Origin: Eledone cirrhosa
Taxonomy: Eukaryota
Assembly: GCA_964016885.1 (NCBI GenBank)
Contig: OZ024745.1
Coordinates: 310,001 to 374,000, forward strand
Direction: 5' to 3'
DNA: 64,000 nucleotides
In this document: positions 13,330-27,716 of the stretch, piece by piece
Layout of the letters: each line of letters opens with the position of its first letter
Position numbering within the stretch: the first letter of the stretch is position 1
Translations under genes and position numbers: made by a program
The notes under the pieces: model-generated
The model's input: the letters and a program-made list of their open reading frames with translations, nothing else
Database searches by the model: none
Told to the model about the DNA's origin: nothing

Positions 13330-14439
13330 AAACGAAGAGTGACATGAAGAAAATTGTACGAAAGATCAACAGTGAGGGGGGTAGGTGCACAAGTTTCTCC
13401 ATTTCTCTCTATCACCTACATTTTCCCCTCACCAACTCCCTTTTCCTCCTCCACTATCTTTAGACATAGCTTTCTTCCCCTTCCCCTTCCACAATCACTC
13501 CTCTCACCCAGTCACTCCCATCACTCCTCTCACCCAGTCATTTTCATCTTTCCTCAACACATGACCCAGCCATCTCATTCTATTTTTCTTCACAACATTC
13601 ATCTTGTACTCTCAGTCCTTAATGCTGAAGAAACTGGGCTAAACACTGGCTTGGTGAGCCTCCAGGCATGAGACAGACTCCTCATTAAACAGGGATGACA
13701 GAGACATACATTAAAGGAAATGTTACAATCAACATATAATGAAGGTGATACAAGTTAACATTGAAGATTTGTTAACAAAAATTACAAAACTGCAACACTG
13801 AGATTTTCAAATAAGCTCAAATGTCCTTGACTCATGGTGGAAATATTTATCAAATTATGTCTAGATCTAGTTTCTGGAATTGCTTTATTCGGTTTAGTGT
13901 AACATGATAGAATAGATTTACATTTAGCACTCATCTACCTTCTTTTCACTACCGTCTTCCTTCTCTTGATTTACCCCAAAGCAAGTTACTTTAGTTTTCA
14001 CAATCAGCCAACATAAAAAAGTAGGGAATCAATCTCATTTCACTTGTGAAAAGAAACATTTGGCATCACAACCATCATCGTTTAACATCTATCTTCCACG
14101 CTAGCATTATAAATGAATGAACTGTAACACCCCCCCCCCCCGACTTCTATTTTCAGAACTTCTACAACACATCATAAACAGATGCTCACATACATATCTA
14201 TATATATATATAGCTACATCTACAACACATCATAAACAGATGCTCACATACATATCTATATATATATATAGCTACATCTACAACACATCAAAACCAGGTC
14301 AATACAGTTTTAGTAGCAATTTCAGTCACACAAAAAATATTACAATGCAATAAAATTACAAGAATTTATGTCTACAGACTCTGCAGCCACTCACTCTTCT
14401 AATAAATGTAAGCTAGCAATACACTTCTACGTTATGTAG

Positions 14440-14592
14440 AGTGTAGACATGATTCTGTGCTTAAGAAGTTTGCAAATTCTGTTGTTCTGGTTTCAATTCC
14501 ACTTGGTGACCCCTTAAGAAAGTTACCCTCTACCGTATCTTTAGGCTGAGCAATGCCTTGTCAGCGAAATTTGGTCTACAGAGACTGTAATT
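14440..14592 (+). mobile_element. Degenerate tRNA-derived SINE of a second family
   Basis: B-box-like ggtttcaattccac preceded by gtgcttaagaagtttgc; family recognised from recollection only. Confidence 0.4.
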
Positions 14593-15106
14593 TATGGTGA
14601 CCCTGTGTAACATTATATATATATATACATACATTATATAGCCATTATATATATATATATGGAAACACAAAAGAAAATATATACAGCACAATGAAAGATC
14701 AATGTCAGGATTAGGGGTTGTATTATATTAGGGGTTATATACAAACTTGACATTTACATAATTTTATTTAGCCAACACCACTGAACTTTCCAGCTAGATT
14801 AGCTGTGTTTTAATTATCATATGACTCAATAATAAGAGAACTGTTAACACAGGGGGGTTTGAAAATGATGTTAATGAGAACAAACTTCAGATTTTACCTT
14901 AGTACTTCTACACCAAGGTAACTTTGGTAGGCATTACTGTCAGAAACCCCTGCCTCACCCCCTACACATGTTATTGTACATCTAGCACTGCGTAACAAAA
15001 TAACAACAGTTACAGTATTACATCTGGAGATATCCTTGATCTAGACTGAGACAAAAATAACAGGTTACAGTTAACAATCTGGAGATATCCTTGATCCAAC
15101 TGGGAC

Positions 15107-15108
<2 letters not shown>

Positions 15109-15169
<61 letters not shown>
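15109..15169. repeat. (GTA)n microsatellite
   Basis: Direct inspection. Confidence 0.98.
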
Positions 15170-15325
15170 CAGACAACAATGCTGTGACCCCATTAAGCAA
15201 CCTGCCAAAGTAAACCTGGAGATATTTATAAATACTATGGACACATTCAAACCTACCTACTTCATGGGAAAATACTGAGAGAACCTAGTAAAGATTTTCA
15301 TAAATTCAGCCAAGATTTCAAAAGT

Positions 15326-18252
15326 AGTGGAGGGGAGGGGGTCATATTAGGTCCATGACCCAATTAAACCTCCCAGGTTCCATCATTACCATTAATTAGA
15401 GGAGGGGAGGGGGTCATATTAGGTCCATGACCCAATTAAACCTCCCAGGTTCCATCATTACCATTAATTAGTGGAGGAGGGGAGGGGTCATATTAGGTCC
15501 ATGACCCAATTAAACCTCCCAGGTTCCATCATTACCATTAATTAGTGGAGGAGGGGAGGGGGTCATATTAGGTCCATGACCCAATTAAACCTCCCAGGTT
15601 CCATCATTACCATTAATTAGTGGAGGGGAGGGGAGGGGTCATATTAGGTCCATGACCCAATTAAACCTCCCAGGTTCCATCATTACCATTAATTAGAGGA
15701 GGGGAGGGGGTCATATTAGGTCCATGACCCAATTAAACCTCCCAGGTTCCATCATTACCATTAATTAGAGGAGGGGAGGGGGTCATATTAGGTCCATGAC
15801 CCAATTAAACCTCCCAGGTTCCATCATTACCATTAATTAGAGGAGGGGAGGGGGTCATATTAGGTCCATGACCCAATTAAACCTCCCAGGTTCCATCATT
15901 ACCATTAATTAGAGGAGGGGAGGGGGTCATATTAGGTCCATGACCCAATTAAACCTCCCAGGTTCCATCATTACCATTAATTAGAGGAGGGGAGGGGGTC
16001 ATATTAGGTCCATGACCCAATTAAACCTCCCAGGTTCCATCATTACCATTAATTAGAGGAGGGGAGGGGGTCATATTAGGTCCATGACCCAATTAAACCT
16101 CCCAGGTTCCATCATTACCATTAATTAGAGGAGGGGAGGGGGTCATATTAGGTCCATGACCCAATTAAACCTCCCAGGTTCCATCATTACCATTAATTAG
16201 AGGAGGGGAGGGGGTCATATTAGGTCCATGACCCAATTAAACCTCCCAGGTTCCATCATTACCATTAATTAGAGGAGGGGAGGGGGTCATATTAGGTCCA
16301 TGACCCAATTAAACCTCCCAGGTTCCATCATTACCATTAATTAGAGGAGGGGAGGGGGTCATATTAGGTCCATGACCCAATTAAACCTCCCAGGTTCCAT
16401 CATTACCATTAATTAGAGGAGGGGAGGGGTCATATTAGGTCCATGACCCAATTAAACCTCCCAGGTTCCATCATTACCATTAATTAGAGGAGGGGAGGGG
16501 GTCATATTAGGTCCATGACCCAATTAAACCTCCCAGGTTCCATCATTACCATTAATTAGAGGAGGGGAGGGGGTCATATTAGGTCCATGACCCAATTAAA
16601 CCTCCCAGGTTCCATCATTACCATTAATTAGTGGAGGAGGGGAGGGGTCATATTAGGTCCATGACCCAATTAAACCTCCCAGGTTCCATCATTACCATTA
16701 ATTAGTGGAGGAGGGGAGGGGGTCATATTAGGTCCATGACCCAATTAAACCTCCCAGGTTCCATCATTACCATTAATTAGAGGAGGGGAGGGGGTCATAT
16801 TAGGTCCATGACCCAATTAAACCTCCCAGGTTCCATCATTACCATTAATTAGTGGAGGAGGGGAGGGGGTCATATTAGGTCCATGACCCAATTAAACCTC
16901 CCAGGTTCCATCATTACCATTAATTAGTGGAGGAGGGGAGGGGGTCATATTAGGGCCATGACCCAATTAAACCTCCCAGGTTCCATCATTACCATTAATT
17001 AGAGGAGGGGAGGGGGTCATATTAGGTCCATGACCCAATTAAACCTCCCAGGTTCCATCATTACCATTAATTAGTGGAGGAGGGGAGGGGTCATATTAGG
17101 TCCATGACCCAATTAAACCTCCCAGGTTCCATCATTACCATTAATTAGTGGAGGAGGGGAGGGGTCATATTAGGTCCATGACCCAATTAAACCTCCCAGG
17201 TTCCATCATTACCATTAATTAGTGGAGGGGGGGGGGGTCATATTAGGTCCATGACCCAATTAAACCTCCCAGGTTCCATCATTACCATTAATTAGAGGAG
17301 GGGAGGGGGTCATATTAGGTCCATGACCCAATTAAACCTCCCAGGTTCCATCATTACCATTAATTAGTGGAGGAGGGGAGGGGTCATATTAGGTCCATGA
17401 CCCAATTAAACCTCCCAGGTTCCATCATTACCATTAATTAGTGGAGGAGGGGAGGGGTCATATTAAGTCCATGACCCAATTAAACCTCCCAGGTTCCATC
17501 ATTACCATTAATTAGTGGAGGAGGGGAGGGGTCATATTAGGGCCATGACCCAATTAAACCTCCCAGGTTCCATCATTACCATTAATTAGTGGAGGAGGGG
17601 AGGGGTCATATTAAGTCCATGACCCAATTAAACCTCCCAGGTTCCATCATTACCATTAATTAGTGGAGGGGAGGGGTCATATTAGGTCCATGACCCAATT
17701 AAACCTCCCAGGTTCCATCATTACCATTAATTAGTGGAGGGGAGGGGAGGGGTCATATTAGGTCCATGACCCAATTAAACCTCCCAGGTTCCATCATTAC
17801 CATTAATTCGTGGAGAGGAGGGGTCATATTAGGTCCATGACCCAATTAAACCTCCCAGGTTCCATCACCATTAATTAGTGGAGGAGGGGAGGGGTCATAT
17901 TAAGTCCATGACCCAATTAAACCTCCCAGGTTCCATCATTACCATTAATTAGTGGAGAGGAGGGGAGGGGTCATATTAGGTCCATGACCCAATTAAACCT
18001 CCCAGGTTCCATCATTACCATTAATTAGTGGAGGAGGGGAGGGGTCATATTAAGTCCATGACCCAATTAAACCTCCCAGGTTCCATCATTACCATTAATT
18101 AGTGGAGAGGAGGGGAGGGGTCATATTAGGTCCATGACCCAATTAAACCTCCCAGGTTCCATCATTACCATTAATTAGTGGAGAGGAGGGGAGGGGTCAT
18201 ATTAGGTCCATGACCCAATTAAACCTCCCAGGTTCCATCATTACCATTAATT
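15326..18252. repeat. 72-bp (71-76) minisatellite, ~40 copies
   Basis: Unit gaggaggggagggggtcatattaggtccatgacccaattaaacctcccaggttccatcattaccattaatta; 5 units span 360 bp (15721 to 16081). Confidence 0.98.
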
Positions 18253-18414
18253 GGTCATTTTATCAGGCTTTACCTGAGTGGACAGGTGTTTTCCAGTCCC
18301 ACATCATCAATCATTGTGATCCTTTATCAGGCTCAGCACTCTGAAATCATTCTTTACGATTTCATCCTATGACTCCCCAGGTTTATTCTCTTCAAGGTCA
18401 ATAATTTGTAGTGA

Positions 18415-18592
18415 AGGGGTAGGTCAATATACTCAACACCAGTATTTTACTGATATTTTATTTTATCAACCATAAAAGGATAAAAGACAAAGTTGACATT
18501 GCCATGATTCAAAAACAGAACATAGAGAGAAAGAACAAATACTGCTATGCAGTTGTCCGATGCTCTACCAATTCTATCAGTCCACTACCTTT
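18415..18592 (-). mobile_element. SINE S1, degenerate
   Basis: ttttatcaaccataaaaggataaaagacaaagttgac...ctctaccaattctatcagtccactacc. Confidence 0.65.
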
Positions 18593-18682
18593 TAAATATG
18601 TTAGTATTAATGATGTCTTATGACAGTACAAGATCAGTAGGGATGTGTACAGTCAATATAATAAGCCCCATTATATAACTGG

Positions 18683-18960
18683 TATGGCAGTGAATTGTCA
18701 GAATCATTAGAAAATCAGATAGAATGTTTTGTGGTATTTCTTCTGGTTCCGTCCTCTCTGAGTTCAAATCCATTCAAGATTGATATAAAATGTACCAATT
18801 TAATACTGGGGTCAATTCTTCCCCTAAATCTCATTTTCTCTCTCTTACTTTCTCTATCATACTCTGGAAGAAATGTGCTGGAGAGCAGATGAGCACCACC
18901 AGGTTTTAAACTGCCCAATATGGCACCCAACAACTCCCTTACCAATTACAGGTCCATACA
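18683..18960 (+). mobile_element. SINE S1-like head with an alternative 3' extension
   Basis: ctctctgagttcaaatcc followed by agatgagcaccaccaggttttaaactgccca, matching 60921-60953. Confidence 0.55.
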
Positions 18961-19352
18961 TACAAATCTATATAATTGATACTTATTTTATCAACCTGAC
19001 TTAGGGTAACAAAATCAGCTGCAGTATGATTTAAACTTATAACATAAATAGACATAAATAAGGAGCAGAACCATTTAGTGTGGCACGTTGCTATGTCTAC
19101 CACAGTCTCGTCCAAAGTGGAGACAGTGCTAATAACGGTAATACTTATTTTATTGGCTTTCAGAGGGATAAAAACTTCGACCCCTGATGGGATTGCTTTT
19201 CACCAAGGATCAATAACAATAATATTAAGAAGGAGAAGAAGAAGATGGCAGTTATTCAATTGCAGAACATTCAATAGTATCAGACATGAAATAGTTTAGA
19301 GAATTTATTTTTGAACATAAAATAATATATAATACAATACTATAGGGAGGGA

Positions 19353-21420
19353 ACACATACATACACGTACATATATACATACATGTACATACATACACGT
19401 ACATATATACATACATGTACATATATACATACATGTACATATATACATACATACACGTACATACATACATACACGTACATATATACATACATACACATAC
19501 ATATATACATACATGTACATACATACACATACATATATACATACATGTACATACATACACGTACATATATACATACATGTACATACATACACGTACATAT
19601 ATACATACATGTACATACATACACGTACATACATACATACACGTACATATATACATACATACACGTACATACATGTACATATATACATACACGTACATAC
19701 ATACATACACGTACATATATACATACATACACATACATATATACATACATGTACATACATACACGTACATATATACACGTACATATATACATACACGTAC
19801 ATACATACATACATGTACATACATACACGTACATACATACATACACGTACATATATACATACATGTACATACATACATACACGTACATATATACATACAT
19901 ACACGTACATACATACATACACGTACATATATACATACATGTACATACATACACGTACATATATACATACATACACGTACATATATACATACACGTACAT
20001 ATATACATACACGTACATATATACATACATGTACATATATACATACATACATACACATACATATATACATACATGTACATACATACACGTACATACATAT
20101 ATACATACACATACATATATACATACATGTACATACATACATACACGTACATATATACATACATACACATACATATATACATACATGTACATACATACAT
20201 GTACATACATACACGTACATATATACATACACGTACATACATACACGTACATATATACATACATGTACATACATACACGTACATACATACATACACGTAC
20301 ATATATACATACATGTACATACATACATACATGTACATACATACACGTACATATATACATACATGTACATACATACACGTACATATATACATACATGTAC
20401 ATACATACACGTACATACATACACGTACATACATACACGTACATACATACATACACGTACATACATACATACATGTACATACATACATACATGTACATAC
20501 ATACATACATACATGTACATACATACATACACGTACATATATACATGTACATACATACATACACGTACATACATACATGTACATACATACACGTACATAC
20601 ATACATACACGTACATATATACATACACGTACATACATACATACATACATACACATACATGCATACATGTACATACATACATGTACATACATACACACAT
20701 ACATGTACATACATACATGTACATACACACATATACAAATACACACATATATATACTTATACACATATATACATACACATACATACACACTTATGTACAC
20801 ACATACACACCTATACATGTACACACATACACACCTATATTTGTACACACATACACACCTATACATACCTATACATGTACACACATACACACCTATACAT
20901 GTACACACATACACACCTATACATGTACACACCTATACATGTATACACATACACACCTATACATGTACACACATACACACCTATACATGTACACACATAC
21001 ACACCTATACGTGTACACACATACACACCTATACATGTACACACATACACACCTATACATGTACACACATACACACCTATACATGTACACACCTATACAT
21101 GTACACACATACACACCTATACATGTACACACATACACACCTATACATGTACACACATACACACCTATACATGTACACACCTATACATGTACACACATAC
21201 ACACCTATACATGTACACACATACACACCTATACATGTACACACATACACACCTATACATGTACACACATACACACCTATACATGTACACACATACACAC
21301 CTATACATGTACACACCTATACATGTACACACATACACACCTATACATGTACACACCTATACATGTACACACATACACACCTATACATGTACACACATAC
21401 ACACCTATACATGTACACTT
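19353..21420. repeat. (TACA)n-derived compound microsatellite grading into a 24-bp unit (acatgtacacacatacacacctat)
   Basis: Direct inspection. Confidence 0.97.
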
Positions 21421-21509
21421 ATCCACAAATCAATAGTTATAAATGATGAATTGTAATAGATTTTTTTTCCTCCTCATCTTATAAAGTTATATTCACAGAG
21501 TGGATAGAG

Positions 21510-24500
21510 TAACAGGGGGGGGGGGGTTGGATGGGGGGTTACATGTCCTATCATAGTATCTGGGAGGGGGGGACTGTTGGAGGTGGTTACATGTCCTATC
21601 ATAGTATCTGGGAGGGAGGGGGGGTAGTAAACTGTTGGAGGTGGTTACATGTCCTATCATAGTATCTGGGAGGGGGGTGGTAGACTGTTGGAGGTGGTTA
21701 CATGTCCTATCATAGTATCTGGGAGGGGGGGGGGGTAGACTGTTGGAGGGGGTTACATGTCCTATCATAGTAGCTGGGGGGGGGGGGGGGGGGGTAGACT
21801 GTTGGAGGGGGTTACATGTCCTATCATAGTAGCTGGGGGGGGTTAGACTGTTGGAGGTGGTTACATGTCCTATCATAGTAACTGGGAGGGGGGGTAGACT
21901 GTTGGAGGTGGTTACATGTCCTATCATAGTATCTGGGAGGGGGTGGTAGACTGTTGGAGGTGGTTACATGTCCTATCATAGTATCTGGGAGGGAGGGGGG
22001 GTAGTAAACTGTTGGAGGTGGTTACATGTCCTATCATAGTATCTGGGAGGGAGGGGGGGTAGTAAACTGTTGGAGGGGGTTACATGTCCTATCATAGTAA
22101 CTGGGAGGGAGGGGGGTAGTAAACTGTTGGAGGTGGTTACATGTCCTATCATAGTATCTGGGAGGGAGGGGGGGTAGTAAACTGTTGGAGGCGGTTACAT
22201 GTCCTATCATAGTATCTGGGAGGGAGGGGGGGTAGTAAACTGTTGGAGGGGGTTACATGTCCTATCATAGTATCTGGGAGGGAGGGGGGTAGACTGTTGG
22301 AGGCGGTTACATGTCCTATCATAGTAGCTGGGGGGGGTTAGACTGTTGGGGGGGGGTTACATGTCCTATCATAGTATCTGGGAGGGGGGGTTACATGACC
22401 TATCATAGTATCTGGGAGGGAGGGGGGGTAGTAAACTGTTGGAGGTGGTTACATGTCCTATCATAGTATCTGGAGGGGGAGACTCTTGGAGGGGGGGTTA
22501 CATGTCCTATCATAGTATTTGGGAGGGGGTGGTAGACTGTTGGAGGTGGTTACATGTCCTATCATAGTATCTGGGAGGGAGGGGGGGTAGTAAACTGTTG
22601 GAGGCGGTTACATGTCCTATCATAGTATCTGGGAGGGAGGGGGGGTAGTAAACTGTTGGAGGGGGTTACATGTCCTATCATAGTATCTGGGAGGGAGGGG
22701 GGGTAGACTGTTGGAGGCGGTTACATGTCCTATCATAGTAGCTGGGGTGGGGGGGGGGGTTAGACTGTTGGGGGGGGGGGGGTTACATGTCCTATCATAG
22801 TATCTGGGAGGGGGGGTTACATGACCTATCATAGTATCTGGGAGGGGGTAGACTGTTGGAGGGGGGCTACATGTCCTATCATAGTATCTGGAGGGGGAGA
22901 CTCTTGGAGGGGGGGTTACATGTCCTATCATAGTATTTGGGAGGGGGTGGTAGACTGTTGGAGGTGGTTACATGTCCTATCATAGTATCTGGGAGGGGGG
23001 TAGACTGTTGGAGGTGGTTACATGTCCTATGATAGTATCTGGGAGGGGGGGGGTAGACTGTTGGAGGTGGTTACATGTCCTATCATAGTATCTGGGAGGG
23101 GGGGTAGACTGTTGGAGGTGGTTACATGTCCTATCATGGTATCTGGGAGGGGGGTGGTAGACTGTTGGAGGTGGTTACATGTCCTATCATAGTATCTGGG
23201 AGGGGGGTAGACTGTTGGAGGGGGGTTACATGTCCTATCATAGTATCTGGGGGTAGACTGTTGGGGGGGGTTACATGTCCTATCATAGTATCTGGGGTGG
23301 GTAGATTCTTGGAGGGGGGTTACATGTCCTATCATAGTATCTGGGGGGGGGTAGACTATTGGAGGGGGGTTACATGTCCTATCATAGTATCTGGGAGGGG
23401 GGATAGACTGTTGGAGGGGGGGTTACATGTCCTATCATAGTATCTGGGGGGAGGCTGTTGGAGGGGGTTTACATGTCCTACCATAGTATCTGGGAAGAGG
23501 GGGGTTAGACTGTTGGAGGGGGGCTTAAATGTCCTATCATAGTACCTGGGAGGGGGGTTACATGTCCTATCATTGTATCTGGGAGGGGGGTTACATGTCC
23601 TATCATAGTATCTGGGAGGGGGGTTACATGTCCTATCATAGTATCTGGGGGGGTTACATGTCCTATCATAGTATCTGGGAGGGGGGTTACATGTCCTATC
23701 ATAGTATCTGGGGGGGTTACATGTCCTATCATAGTATCTGGGAGGGGGGTTACATGTCCTATCATAGTATCTGGGAGGGGGGTTACATGTCCTATCATAG
23801 TATCTGGGGGGGTTACATGTCCTATCATAGTATCTGGGAGGGGGGTTACATGTCCTATCATAGTATCTGGGAGGGGGGTTACATGTCCTATCATAGTATC
23901 TGGGAGGGGGGTTACATGTCCTATCATAGTATCTGGGGGGGTTACATGTCCTATCATAGTATCTGGGGGGGTTACATGTCCTATCATAGTATCTGGGAGG
24001 GGGGTTTACATGTCCTATCATAGTATCTGGGGGAGGGGGGTTACGTGTCCTATCATAGTATCTGGGGGGTTACATGTCCTATCATAGTATCTGGGAGGGG
24101 GGTTAGATGTCCTATCATAGTGTCTGGGGGAGGGGGGTTACATGTCCTATCATAGTGTCTGGGGGAGGGGGGTTACATGTCCTATCATAGTATCTGGGGG
24201 GGGTTACATGTCCTATCATAGTATCTGGGGGAGGGGGGTTACATGTCCTATCATAGTATCTGGGGGGGTTACATGTCCTATCATAGTATCTGGGAGGGGG
24301 GTTACATGTCCTATCATAGTGTCTGGGGGAGGGGGGTTACATGTCCTATCATAGTATCTGGGGGAGGGGGGTTACATGTCCTATCATAGTACCTGGGAGG
24401 GGGGCTACATGTCCTATCATAGTATCTGGGGGGGGGGTTACATGTCCTATCATAGTATCTGGGGGAGGGGGGTTACATGTCCTATCATAGTATCTGGGAG

Positions 24501-25948
24501 AGGGGTTACATGTCCTATCATAGTATCTGGGGGGTTACATGTCCTATCATAGTATCTGGGGGAGGGGGGTTACATGTCCTATCATAGTATCTGGGGGGGG
24601 TTTACATGTCCTATCATAGTATCTGGGGGGTTACATGTCCTATCATAGTATCTGGGGGAGGGGGGTTACATGTCCTATCATAGTATCTGGGAGGGGGGTT
24701 ACATGTCCTATCATAGTATCTGGGAGGGGGGTTAGATGTCCTATCATAGTATCTGGGGGAGTGGGATTACATGTCCTATCATAGTATCTGGGAGAGGGGT
24801 TACATGTCCTATCATAGTATCTGGGGGGTTACATGTCCTATCATAGTATCTGGGGGAGGGGGGTTACATGTCCTATCATAGTATCTGGGAGGGGGGTTAC
24901 ATGTCCTATCTAGTATCTGGGGGAGGGGGGTTACATGTCCTATCATAGTATCTGGGAGGGGGGTTACATGTCCTATCATAGTATCTGGGAGGGGGGTTAG
25001 ATGTCCTATCATAGTGTCTGGGGGAGGGGGGTTACATGTCCTATCATAGTATCTGGGAGGGGGGTTAGATGTCCTATCATAGTGTCTGGGGGAGGGGGGG
25101 TTACATGTCCTATCATAGTATCTGGGGGGGGGTTACATGTCCTATCATAGTATCTGGGGGAGGGGGGTTACATGTCCTATCATAGTATCTGGGAGGGGGG
25201 TTACATGTCCTATCTAGTATCTGGGGGAGGGGGGTTACATGTCCTATCATAGTATCTGGGGGGGGGGGTTACATGTCCTATCATAGTGTCTGGGGGAGGG
25301 GGTTACATGTCCTATCATAGTATCTGGGGGGGGTTACATGTCCTATCATAGTATCTGGGGGAGGGGGGTTACATGTCCTATCATAGTATCTGGGAGGGGG
25401 GTTACATGTCCTATCATAGTATCTGGGGGAGGGGGGTTACATGTCCTATCATAGTATCTGGGGGAGGGGGGTTACATGTCCTATCATAGTATCTGGGAGG
25501 GGGGTTACATGTCCTATCATAGTATCTGGGAGGGGGGTTACATGTCCTATCATAGTATCTGGGGGAGGGGGGTTACATGTCCTATCATAGTATCTGGGGG
25601 AGGGGGGTTACATGTCCTATCATAGTATCTGGGGGAGGGGGGTTACATGTCCTATCATAGTATCTGGGGGAGGGGGGTTACATGTCCTATCATAGTATCT
25701 GGGGGAGGGGGGTTACATGTCCTATCATAGTATCTGGGGGAGGGGGGTTACATGTCCTATCATAGTATCTGGGGGAGGGGGGTTACATGTCCTATCATAG
25801 TATCTGGGGGAGGGGGGTTACATGTCCTATCATAGTATCTGGGGGAGGGGGGTTACATGTCCTATCATAGTATCTGGGGGAGGGGGGTTACATGTCCTAT
25901 CATAGTATCTGGGGGAGGGGGGTTACATGTCCTATCATAGTATCTGGG
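21510..25948. repeat. G-rich minisatellite with invariant core gttacatgtcctatcatagtatctgg plus variable G tracts
   Basis: Units of ~50-60 bp (with tagactgttggagg) up to ~23530, then ~33-40 bp; a homogeneous 40-bp unit at the 3' end. Confidence 0.97.
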
Positions 25949-26011
25949 AAGGAGTGGAATGGTAGAATGTTAATATGGAACTGGAGAAGTGGCAGAGTCA
26001 GAAATAATAAT

Positions 26012-26202
26012 AATAATTGTTTCTACTTTTGGCACAAGGCCAGCAATTATCCCAATACATTACTGGTACTTCATTTTATTGACCCCGTAAGGATGAAAGG
26101 CAAAGTTAACCTCGGCGGGATTTGAACTCAAACCATAAAGGGCCGTAACTCTATGCTGCAAAGCATGGCGTCCTACCCTCTACCGATACTGCCAATCCAC
26201 CA
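26012..26202 (-). mobile_element. SINE S1, full length
   Basis: Reverse complement of the 10590 copy. Confidence 0.9.
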
Positions 26203-26557
26203 CTCTAGCATGGCGTCCGACCCTCTACCGATACTGCCAATCCACCGCCCTAGCATGGCGTCCGACCCTCTACCGATACTGCCAATCCACCACCCTAGCA
26301 TGGTGTCCGACCCTCTACCGATACTGCCAATCCACCACCCTAGCATGGCGTCCGACCCTCTACCGATACTGCCAATCCACCGCCCTAGCATGGCGTCCGA
26401 CCCTCTACCGATACTGCCAATCCACCACCCTAGCATGGTGTCCGACCCTCTACCGATACTGCCAATCCACCGCCCTAGCATGGTGTCCGACCCTCTACCG
26501 ATACTGCCAATCCACCACCCTAGCATGGTGTCCGACCCTCTACCGATACTGCCAATC
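26162..26557. repeat. 45-bp tandem array (~9 copies) of the SINE S1 5' end
   Basis: Unit tagcatggcgtccgaccctctaccgatactgccaatccaccgccc is the reverse complement of SINE positions 10590-10633. Confidence 0.95.
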
Positions 26558-27235
26558 TAATAATGGTTTCTGATTTAGGTTCAAGGCCAGCAATTAGGGA
26601 GAAGTTAAGTCGACCCCAGTAACTGACTGGTACTTTATTTTATCCACTCCAAAATGATGAGAGGCAAAGTGAGAATATAAAGAACCTGAAGAAAGACTGC
26701 TACACATTGCACCGACACTCTGCCAACCTACTGCCAATCTTATAATGGTTTCTGTTTGAGGAACAAGACTGACAATTTTGGAGGAAAGGGAAAGTAGATC
26801 AAATCGACACCAGTGCATTACTGCTACTTTATTTTATCGACCTCTGTAAGGTTCAAAGGCAAAGCTCACCTCGGCAGGATTTCAACTCAGAACGTAAAGG
26901 GACGTAACTATATGCCACAAAACATGTTGTCTGACGTTCTACCAATTCTACTGCCAGTACACAATAATAATTAAAATAACAATAATAATAATGGTTTAAT
27001 ATTATTATTTGGCAGTATCGGTAGAGGGTCGAATGCCATGCTTTGCAGCAAAGAGTTACGGCCCTTTATGATCTGAGTTCAAATCCCGCCGAGGTTAACT
27101 TTGCCTTTCATCCTTACGGGGTCAATAAAATAAAGTACCAGTAATGTATTGGGATAATTGCTGGCCTTGTGCCAAAAGTAGAAACAATTATTATTATTGT
27201 GTACTGGCAGTAGAATCAGTAGAGCGTTGGACTAC
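26558..27235. mobile_element. SINE S1 cluster: two minus copies (26558-26740, 26741-26957) and one plus copy (27010-27198)
   Basis: Central motif and tail recognisable in each copy. Confidence 0.85.
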
Positions 27236-27716
27236 TTATAATAATAACAATACAGAAGAAAATTAATAAAGAAAAATGAAAAGAAAGTGGAGAATAGGTG
27301 ATAAAATGGTAAAATAGAAAAGATTTTTAAAATGAGCAACGAAGAAGTTTTGAGAAGAAAAAAGTGAGAAGAAGCAAACTAATGATGGAAAATCAGAAGA
27401 AAAAAATGAATAAATGAACAACTTAATGTTCTTCTTTGTGGGGTTTTAGTTGTTTTTAAATTAAAAATTCAAAAAATACAAATGTTGAATCAGAAATTAA
27501 ATTAATTGAAAAGACAAAACTCTAATGTGTAGAAAGAGTTTTAAATAATTTAGTTTTTATTTTGCAAAACTGTGTTGGCTGAAAGGAATTTTGATTATAT
27601 TCCATATTATAATATATTATATTATACTATATATTATATTATATTATATTATGTTATATTATATTATATTATAATATATTACATTACATTACATTATATC
27701 ATATTATATTATATTA

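Noticed and set aside
19252-21456. 500-690 aa ORFs rich in Y/I/H/T/C/V/M (also 3128-5414 and 61018-61927)
   Set aside because: Translations of dinucleotide and tetranucleotide microsatellites
21510-25948. CRISPR-like pattern of constant repeat plus variable spacer
   Set aside because: The spacers are only G-tract variants of one sequence, there are no cas genes, and the context is eukaryotic
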